From a virus: a stretch of DNA of 64,000 bases. Where the stretch lies: positions 3,920 through 67,919 of IMG/VR virus record IMGVR_UViG_3300025115_000006. One strand, 5' to 3'. Under the pieces are notes generated by a model. The model ran no database searches, was not told the origin of the DNA, and saw only the letters and a list, made by a program, of their open reading frames with translations. Below, one piece after another: positions 57,236 to 64,000 of the stretch (positions are counted from its first letter, which is position 1; every line of letters starts with the position of its first letter). A program made the translations under genes and the position numbers.

Positions 57236-58153
57236 CTATTTGTTATTTTCTTTCTTAATAAATCTCTCAAGAATAACTTGATGTCTTTCATCACCTTGCC
57301 AATAGTTTTCAACATTCATTGTCTTATTATCTCTGGTCCATTTACAGAAGTATGGACATAGATTCTTTGCTTCTGCAGGCTGATTTGGATAAGTATTGCT
57401 GAACACGCACCAATGACAAAGTGGAGTTTGAACAGGAGGAAATATCTTTTTGTCTACTCCATTGAATACATCTTGAAGACCTTCAGATACAATATTTATG
57501 TCAATAATACTTCTCTGTATTTTGTCACAAAGAGGAAGATTATATTGACATTCAATAGTTGGACTATCTCCAATGATATTTCTAAGAGCATGTGTATATA
57601 TATGCATCTGAAGAGACGACTTCAATTCTTTATCAGTTAAAAGTTTGGTATATGTCTTAACATCTTCTATGATATATTTATTATTTATTTTGTCATACAA
57701 TATTCTATCAATGAATCCACCAAACTTTCTATTCATAATTGTAACTTCAAATTCAAGTTCAAGTGCATAGATTGATACATTAGTATTATTGTTCAGAAAT
57801 CTTTGAAGTCTGTAAATACCCACCTCTAGATAAATTAGAGCCTTATCTCCATAGGTTAGTCCTTGTTTGTTAGGTTCATTCCAATCATCATAGTATTTGT
57901 TTTTAAGATGAGTGACTCCTACAGCGTTTTCATTGTTTATGTTCAGAAAAAGATTTGCGTAGTGATTATAATCAATCTCTTTGCCACTCTTTATATCTAG
58001 TCCAATTTGTTCTTCAATGTAATGAACAAGTGTTCCAAACTCTGTTGCAACAGTGTCTACTTCTATTTTATGACCGTCAACATAAGTGAGTTTGTATTTG
58101 AATGGACACTTATTATATACCTCAAGTCTAGAATAACTAAATGAATCACTCAT
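57236..58153 (-). CDS. PD-(D/E)XK nuclease (Cas4/AddB-like, Fe-S cysteines)
   Basis: SYSRL...CP, FGT.VH, GFIDRI, IEDVKT, Q..IY, C.WC...CP. Confidence 0.85.
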   Translation of the reverse strand: MSDSFSYSRLEVYNKCPFKYKLTYVDGHKIEVDTVATEFGTLVHYIEEQIGLDIKSGKEIDYNHYANLFLNINNENAVGVTHLKNKYYDDWNEPNKQGLTYGDKALIYLEVGIYRLQRFLNNNTNVSIYALELEFEVTIMNRKFGGFIDRILYDKINNKYIIEDVKTYTKLLTDKELKSSLQMHIYTHALRNIIGDSPTIECQYNLPLCDKIQRSIIDINIVSEGLQDVFNGVDKKIFPPVQTPLCHWCVFSNTYPNQPAEAKNLCPYFCKWTRDNKTMNVENYWQGDERHQVILERFIKKENNK

Positions 58154-60018
58154 TATTTGACCACCTTTTCAACATGTTTACAGTTTGGATATCCAGAACA
58201 ACCAAAGAACGGTCCATATTTGCCTGTTCTATAAACAAGAGGACTTCCACATTCAGGACACCGTTTCTCTGTTTTCTCAGATATGTTTTCATGTGGTGCA
58301 ACTTTGTCTATTGATTCATTAAGTTTTTTATAAAACATGGTTAAGAATTTAGTCTCATCAAGTTTATCTGATGCAATCATATCAAGGTCTTTTTCAAGTT
58401 CTGAGGTGTAGTTGATGTTAATGATATCTGGAAATGATTTCTCCAAGAACTTAGATAGAGTCATTCCTTTCTCAGTTGGAACAATGTATTTATCTTTAAC
58501 TACACAGTAACCTCTAGACTCACTAAGCAGAGTTTCAACAGTGCTGGCGAATGTAGAAGGTCTTCCAATTCCTCTTGATTCAAGTTCTTTAATAAAAGTT
58601 GATTCTTTGTATCTTGCTGGAGGAGTTGTTCTCTTCTCAAGTGCTTCAAGAGTAGGATTGTTTAAAACTTCATTAACAGTGAATGTTTCTTTTGTAGTGT
58701 CTCCATCTTCTTTATCTTCAAATGAGCCATAGACCTTTTTATATCCATCAAACAAGAGTTCTCTTGAGGTTAGACTAAAAAGATGTTTATCATTCATGAT
58801 AGTATATGTTGTCTCACTTGTGATTGAACTTGCCATTGCTGTTGCAATAGTTCTTTTATAGATGATGTCATAGACTTTGAGCAGACTCTTATCAGTAATA
58901 TGTTTTGCCAATCTCTCAGGAGTCATGTCTAAGTCAACAGGACGAATCGCTTCATGACCTTCTTGAGCATTTTCAGACTTCTTTGCTTTTCTGACTGATG
59001 CAAAATATTGCTTTCCATAGACCGCTTTAACATAACTTTCAAGCACAGGAAGAAAATCAGGAGATAACTCAGCACTGTCTGTTCTAATATATGTAATGAG
59101 AGCAAGATGCTGACCATTAACATCAATTCCTTCAAACAGTTTTTGAGCATATGACATCGCCTCTTTGACACCAATGCCAAGTTTATTTGAAACCTCTTGT
59201 TGAAATGTAGATGTAGTAAAAGGAGCCTTAGGATTGCTAAGTTTCTCTTTTGTTTCAATCTTATTAATTGCATATGTGTTTGTCTTCTTACAATCTTTTA
59301 CAATTGCCTCAACATCATTAAGACTATTTAATCTCTTTACTTCTTTATCAACAGTGCCAAAATATTTTCCTTTAAATACTACATCATTTTTTGAAAAGAG
59401 AATGTTTAAATCAAAATAAGTCTCAATGACAAATCTGTTGATTTCTTCTTCTCTATCAACAATTAATCTAAGACCTGCACTTTGAACTCTTCCAACACTT
59501 CTTGCGTCAACTTGTTTTCTAGAGATTGGAGAAAGTCTATAACCAACTATCTTATCAAGTTTTTGTCTTGCTTGAGAAGCACTGACTAGATTGTCATCAA
59601 TCTTCCTTGGATTGTCAAATGCTTGTAATACAGCCTTCTTAGTGATTTCATGAAAAGTAACACGCTGATATTTCTCATTAGGTATCTTAAGAAACTTCTT
59701 TAGACTCCAGGCAATTGCTTCACCCTCTCTATCAGGGTCAGATGCAATGTATATAACATCAGAAACTTCAACTTGCTCTTTTAGTCTATCTACTACATCT
59801 TTCTTTTCAGGTGAAACTACATAGTCTGCTTTAAATTTATTCTCAGGGTCAATTCCCATGTTATAGACACCACTGTTTTTTATCTCTGAAATATGACCAA
59901 CAGATGCCATAACAACACACTTCTTATGACCCGCGTCTTTAAGTATTTGAGAAATGGTTTTAACCTTGTTAGGACTCTCACAGATTATCAAGGTTCTTTG
60001 CTCATTTGATATTGCCAT
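58153..60018 (-). CDS. topA: DNA topoisomerase IA
   Basis: ICESPNK, ASVGH, ASDPDREGEAI, SVGRVQS, ITYIRTDS, QEGHEAIRP, GIGRPST, C-terminal C4 Zn ribbon. Confidence 0.95.
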   Translation of the reverse strand: MAISNEQRTLIICESPNKVKTISQILKDAGHKKCVVMASVGHISEIKNSGVYNMGIDPENKFKADYVVSPEKKDVVDRLKEQVEVSDVIYIASDPDREGEAIAWSLKKFLKIPNEKYQRVTFHEITKKAVLQAFDNPRKIDDNLVSASQARQKLDKIVGYRLSPISRKQVDARSVGRVQSAGLRLIVDREEEINRFVIETYFDLNILFSKNDVVFKGKYFGTVDKEVKRLNSLNDVEAIVKDCKKTNTYAINKIETKEKLSNPKAPFTTSTFQQEVSNKLGIGVKEAMSYAQKLFEGIDVNGQHLALITYIRTDSAELSPDFLPVLESYVKAVYGKQYFASVRKAKKSENAQEGHEAIRPVDLDMTPERLAKHITDKSLLKVYDIIYKRTIATAMASSITSETTYTIMNDKHLFSLTSRELLFDGYKKVYGSFEDKEDGDTTKETFTVNEVLNNPTLEALEKRTTPPARYKESTFIKELESRGIGRPSTFASTVETLLSESRGYCVVKDKYIVPTEKGMTLSKFLEKSFPDIININYTSELEKDLDMIASDKLDETKFLTMFYKKLNESIDKVAPHENISEKTEKRCPECGSPLVYRTGKYGPFFGCSGYPNCKHVEKVVK

Positions 60019-60054
60019 AAAATCACTCCTTCATTTGTCTATTTAGATATACAA

Positions 60055-60630
60055 TTAATATTTTTGTTTCCACACTTGTTTGTTTGTAGATTCAATATTA
60101 ACTTTGTTTGAGGCCTTTTTGAATTCATCATAAGAGCAGTTGACAATTCCACGAACAGGAAAGTATTTAGGTGAACTGATACGACTGTCAACAAACGCAA
60201 ACATTTCATTCAAAATCTCTTGCTGGTCAGGTCTGTTGTTCTTATCGTCAATATTATGCACAGATTTGATTGCGTTGAATTTAAGAGCATTTCGCAGTGC
60301 TTTAAGCAGTTCTACATTAGTTGCATGATACTTGAACTGATATTCACTTAACTTTGCATCAGATGCTTTAAATAAATATAATTCTGCTTGAAAAACACGC
60401 AGACTTGGCATCTCATTCTTATGAGTGCTACAACCATAAAATCCAAGGGGTTTACCATCAGGATAATAAGTTGTAAATGGATTTGTTTTAGATGCAAACA
60501 TGATGGCAATTTGAACATTCTCATCATCTGTGCTAAAGACATAAATAGGATGGTCAGAAACAATTGTGCCATCATGATTAATAAACTTAGAGCATAAGTA
60601 ACTACTTCCAACAATTCCTGTAATTTTCAT
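60055..60630 (-). CDS. hypothetical protein
   Basis: 191 aa, ATGA overlap. Confidence 0.6.
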   Translation of the reverse strand: MKITGIVGSSYLCSKFINHDGTIVSDHPIYVFSTDDENVQIAIMFASKTNPFTTYYPDGKPLGFYGCSTHKNEMPSLRVFQAELYLFKASDAKLSEYQFKYHATNVELLKALRNALKFNAIKSVHNIDDKNNRPDQQEILNEMFAFVDSRISSPKYFPVRGIVNCSYDEFKKASNKVNIESTNKQVWKQKY

Positions 60631-60851
60631 TGAACGGTGCCTCTCTTATCATATGATTGATATTTATAGTTTTGTTTTACTAATTCAAATTTTGCTTGTT
60701 CAACTGGATTAAGCCAATGATGATACTTCTTACCAGATTTCTTATCAGCGAAATTTGCTCTGATATGACCATTTTCACTTTGACACCAAGAGACCATCTT
60801 GAGAGATGGTCTCATTTGTTGAAATGCTTTTCCTTGAAGTCTTTGACTCAT
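60627..60851 (-). CDS. hypothetical protein
   Basis: 74 aa ORF in operon. Confidence 0.55.
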   Translation of the reverse strand: MSQRLQGKAFQQMRPSLKMVSWCQSENGHIRANFADKKSGKKYHHWLNPVEQAKFELVKQNYKYQSYDKRGTVQ

Positions 60852-60852
60852 A

Positions 60853-61698
60853 TTATTTAACCTTGTGAACTAATACACGATAATGAAATACTTGAATATG
60901 ATATCCACCCGCTGAGATTGTTTCAACCTTTGCTGTTCCTTTACTTCCTTTAACTGTTCCATTAATCTCACCATTTTTATTTCCAATGCTAAGATTTGAA
61001 ACATCTTGAATCTCACCAACAACATTAGTGATTCTAAGAACAAGGTCCTTGTATTTAGCAACAACTTCATCATCAAGAACTTTATTCAACATGGCAGTGT
61101 CAATCTTAGAATAGCCTGTGAATTCTTTTGTGAAAGAGTTAATTTCTCTGTAGTATTCTTTTTCAAATTGTCTTTCATGATAATATTTTTCTCTGAATTG
61201 AAATTTCTTACCTGCTTTTTCTTCTTGTTCTTGTAGATATTTTTCCAACTCTTGTTTTTCATTTGCTCTGAGTTTCAAGTATTCTTGAGCATTTGTCATA
61301 TACCAGTTGTAAGCATGTTCACGCCACTGCTTTAAAAACTCAACTAGAACTTCAATCTTGTCTTCATTCTCAAAGTTTACAATCTCAGTCATTTGAACTT
61401 CATACTTAGCAAGAGTGAGTTGTGCATCTCTTAGGTCACTATATGCATTTGCAAGTTCATAAATCTCAGAGTCAGGGTTTTTTGGATTTTTAACGAATAT
61501 CATAAACTTTTCTCTTGTTTCTTTTTTAAGAGGATGCTCATAATGCATCATTCCAAATTCTTTAGCAATATCAAGTTCTTCTTTAGTTAGACCTACAGAC
61601 CACTTGACAATACGCTTGTTGATTTTCTCAATCTCTTTGTGCTTCTTTTCAATTCTTTCAGCAACTTGTTCTTTTGTCATCATATATTTTTCCTCCAA
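60853..61698 (-). CDS. hypothetical coiled-coil protein with conserved C-terminal domain
   Basis: GEINGTV.G.KG.AKVETI.AGGYHIQ.FHYR.L; GGAGG RBS implies start near 61683; promoter TTGACA-17-TATAAT at 61719-61747. Confidence 0.7.
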   Translation of the reverse strand: MEEKYMMTKEQVAERIEKKHKEIEKINKRIVKWSVGLTKEELDIAKEFGMMHYEHPLKKETREKFMIFVKNPKNPDSEIYELANAYSDLRDAQLTLAKYEVQMTEIVNFENEDKIEVLVEFLKQWREHAYNWYMTNAQEYLKLRANEKQELEKYLQEQEEKAGKKFQFREKYYHERQFEKEYYREINSFTKEFTGYSKIDTAMLNKVLDDEVVAKYKDLVLRITNVVGEIQDVSNLSIGNKNGEINGTVKGSKGTAKVETISAGGYHIQVFHYRVLVHKVK

Positions 61699-61802
61699 GA
61701 GTTTATCTTCACACTATAATTATATCACTAATATTGTTTTATGTCAAGTTAAAAAAGAAAAAATGTGCTAATATAACACATTTCACTTTTAACATTTCTT
61801 CA

Positions 61803-62006
61803 TTAAAACTTAATGAGACTGGAAGATATGTCACCTCTAGCAAGAATTTTTCCATAAAAGTCTCTTGTGATATTACTCTTCTTATCATATTTACCTAGAA
61901 TGACTTTATAAAAGTCTCTGACAATTTTGTTTCCTTGACTGTCAGTTTCAATGTAACCAACGATTCGTCCACTAAAGTCTCTTATTATTTGAACATCTTT
62001 TGCCAT
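61803..62006 (-). CDS. small beta-repeat protein
   Basis: three RDF(S/Y)..I(V/L) repeats, GGAGG RBS. Confidence 0.65.
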   Translation of the reverse strand: MAKDVQIIRDFSGRIVGYIETDSQGNKIVRDFYKVILGKYDKKSNITRDFYGKILARGDISSSLIKF

Positions 62007-62028
62007 TGTGTATTTACCTCCAAATCAA

Positions 62029-62394
62029 TTATATATACTCTCTCATGCACTCAACAAGGTCTACACATAAATCAAGTGCCTCACTCATTGTTAGTTGTCT
62101 TACATCTTCAACCTTAACTTTAGGGCTATCAGAAATGAATGTTTTGATTATTTTCTTTATCTTCGTTTCATTATATTCAAATCTTGATATGGTGCAGGAG
62201 ATGTTATTACCAACGAACTTAAGGCCAAGAAAAACTGGACCTTGTTCAAATACAACTGTTTCACCCATGATTGTTTTGATAACTAGATAATGATACATTC
62301 CATTAGCGTCTGTCATTTCAAGGGCACATTGACCAATGTTGCTGATATCAATTGTTGCTTCAAATTTTCTTATCTGTCTATAATCAAATTTCAT
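62029..62394 (-). CDS. hypothetical protein
   Basis: 121 aa ORF in operon. Confidence 0.6.
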   Translation of the reverse strand: MKFDYRQIRKFEATIDISNIGQCALEMTDANGMYHYLVIKTIMGETVVFEQGPVFLGLKFVGNNISCTISRFEYNETKIKKIIKTFISDSPKVKVEDVRQLTMSEALDLCVDLVECMREYI

Positions 62395-62396
62395 TA

Positions 62397-63086
62397 TTAA
62401 TTCTTAGGTTCTTCAGATTCAGTCTTTTGTTCATTGTTCAACTTTTCCAATTGAACCTCTCCTTTTGCGACTGCATTAATAAATTTAGCACCATCTGAAA
62501 TCTTTTTCAAGTCGGGGTCATTCTCAATTTCTTTGTTGAGTTTTTTATATTTACGCTTTAAGAACTTCATATACTCTTTAAGTAGTTCTTGCTTCTCTTC
62601 ATCAGTTGCTGATTCAAACTCAGGAAGAATCTCAAGACCAAAATCAGAAATTAACACACCATCAAGCATGTCAACTTGTTGTTGAAAGATTTCGGCTGCC
62701 AGACCTTCAAACTTGTTTGATTCCGGTCTTCCATCACCTCTCTGATAAACAGCATAGATGACCTCACTTCTTGGAACAATAAACTCTCTATCAGGAATGC
62801 TTGGACTCTTTTCACGAACAAATTTGAATCCTTCAGTTTTTGTAATAACAGGATTAATAAATGCTCTCACATCACCATTAAAGTTGATGCAGAAAACTCT
62901 ATCAAATCTTTCAATCTGTGATGCAGATAAAGATGTAATATTAAGACTCTTGTTTGCTCTGATGGTGTCCTTCAAGTCACGAATTGTTTGAGCGGTCTTG
63001 GTATAATCAGTTCTCATATTTATCTCATCAGAACGCTGAGATAGTTTCTGAATGTCTTGTGATATTTCAAATCCATAATATGTCAT
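62397..63086 (-). CDS. peptide deformylase-fold protein with degenerate active site
   Basis: PDF architecture (FINPVI, SIP...VPR...I) but SLSASQI / EKSPS / QQQVDMLDG replace GLAAxQ / EGCLS / HExDHLxG. Confidence 0.75.
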   Translation of the reverse strand: MTYYGFEISQDIQKLSQRSDEINMRTDYTKTAQTIRDLKDTIRANKSLNITSLSASQIERFDRVFCINFNGDVRAFINPVITKTEGFKFVREKSPSIPDREFIVPRSEVIYAVYQRGDGRPESNKFEGLAAEIFQQQVDMLDGVLISDFGLEILPEFESATDEEKQELLKEYMKFLKRKYKKLNKEIENDPDLKKISDGAKFINAVAKGEVQLEKLNNEQKTESEEPKN

Positions 63087-63087
63087 A

Positions 63088-63360
63088 TTAAATTACCTCC
63101 TCAATCACTAACCTATAAATATCTCTCTCTAGGTCTGCTGAAAGAGTCAATTCAAAATCTTCATTTGTTAATTTAAGAGATGTTAAATTCTGATTAATGA
63201 CTACAGACTCAGGCTCAAGGTCTACTAAATCAGAGTCAGACAAAATAGTGTATATCTTTGCGTAATCATTACTGTCCTTTAAGATAACAGTTGCAACACC
63301 ATTATCATACTCAACTTCATTTTCAATTCCTAAGTCTTTTACAAAGTCTTCAATTCTCAT
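63088..63360 (-). CDS. hypothetical protein
   Basis: 90 aa, ATGA overlap. Confidence 0.6.
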   Translation of the reverse strand: MRIEDFVKDLGIENEVEYDNGVATVILKDSNDYAKIYTILSDSDLVDLEPESVVINQNLTSLKLTNEDFELTLSADLERDIYRLVIEEVI

Positions 63361-63710
63361 TTTGTTTTTTCCTTCTTTATATATTCTTTAAACTTTTTCA
63401 AATCATCTTGTATCTCACTGAGAACTCTGTCTTGGGAAGTGTTCTCAAAGTAATTATACAATTTTTTATTTTGACTCTTATGTCTATTTAGTTTTTTATC
63501 TCTTGTTGGTTGATTTAAAAGAAGAATGATATACGAAAGTCTTTCATAGTGGTCCTTGGTTTTGTCAAGCATCATCTGAGATTGTTCAACCTGCTCTTCA
63601 GTAACATAGCCACCTTTTAGTGCTTCATCAAAATCTTTAACATCCTCAAGCATCTCAAAGTATAAATCTTGAATTTGTTTATAATAACTCATTACATGTT
63701 TCTTCGCCAT
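63357..63710 (-). CDS. hypothetical protein
   Basis: 117 aa, AAGGA RBS. Confidence 0.65.
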   Translation of the reverse strand: MAKKHVMSYYKQIQDLYFEMLEDVKDFDEALKGGYVTEEQVEQSQMMLDKTKDHYERLSYIILLLNQPTRDKKLNRHKSQNKKLYNYFENTSQDRVLSEIQDDLKKFKEYIKKEKTK

Positions 63711-63732
63711 ATTTTCTTCCTTATCTTATGTT

Positions 63733-64000
63733 TTATAAAAGTTCTTTTACTCTGTCATCACTTAATTTCTTCAGTGCTGAAAAATTGATGATTGGATTAC
63801 GAAACTTCTTAAGAATGATTTCCCAATTATCTCTCCAGAACTCAGTAAAAGACCTGTTCAAAAGTTCAAAAATGTATTTTGATGACCAGTCACCATAGTG
63901 TTCAATAATCTTTGATTTCTCTTTGAGAATATGCTCATCTGTAATCATCTTAGAGATTTCATATTCAATAAGATTCTTATCTTTGTTGTCTGAGTTTTCT
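63733..64000 (-). CDS. 3' part of a hypothetical protein starting outside the window
   Basis: frame of the 71-aa ORF stays open to the window end (ENSDNKDKNLIEYEISKMITDEH...). Confidence 0.55.
   Translation of the reverse strand, partial: ENSDNKDKNLIEYEISKMITDEHILKEKSKIIEHYGDWSSKYIFELLNRSFTEFWRDNWEIILKKFRNPIINFSALKKLSDDRVKELL

Noticed and set aside
57236-58153. Cas4 as part of a CRISPR-Cas system
   Set aside because: Solo Cas4-like PD-(D/E)XK nucleases are common in phages; no cas1/cas2 or array in the window
210-63491. Plus-strand ORFs in the six-frame track
   Set aside because: They overlap well-supported minus-strand genes or RNAs, show no evident RBSs and have the Ser/Phe/Leu-rich composition of antisense shadows
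1-64000. Stop-codon reassignment (code 4 or 15)
   Set aside because: Long genes are intact under code 11, TGA and TAG end genes at sensible junctions, and no suppressor tRNA was seen

Overview
This 64-kb window is part of a large, AT-rich tailed-phage genome with a T4-like head module. Essentially every real gene lies on the minus strand and uses the standard genetic code. Strong AGGAG RBSs and consensus sigma-A promoters suggest a Bacillota/Mollicutes-type host (inference). 1-31.8 kb is the late/virion region: terminase, portal, protease-scaffold fusion, major capsid, holin-like proteins and a lipase. It also holds several large acidic multi-domain ORFs whose domains (ADP-ribosyltransferase-like, zincin, nucleotidyltransferase, a 6-copy unknown domain) are separated by [L/I/V]-x-E-[S/A/E] linkers, some duplicated at the DNA level. 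These genes are preceded by a conserved TGCTAAATT motif. 33.1-33.8 kb is non-coding with iteron-like repeats. 33.8-64 kb is the early/accessory region with many small ORFs and near-perfect TTGACA-17-TATAAT promoters. It carries 10 tRNAs, a pseudo-tRNA, a tmRNA, ribosomal protein bS21, RtcB, a DUF2828/TROVE-vWA protein, dNK, a PD-(D/E)XK nuclease, topoisomerase IA and a catalytically dead peptide deformylase. The best candidates for undescribed biology are four. (i) Protease-cleavable cassette polyproteins in the virion region. (ii) An array of four covarying AYAGCAA hairpins leading into the Ro60-like gene. (iii) A putative sRNA displaying anti-Shine-Dalgarno loops. (iv) Two anticodon-less tRNA-like RNAs. 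All family assignments come from motif recognition by eye; no searches were run.
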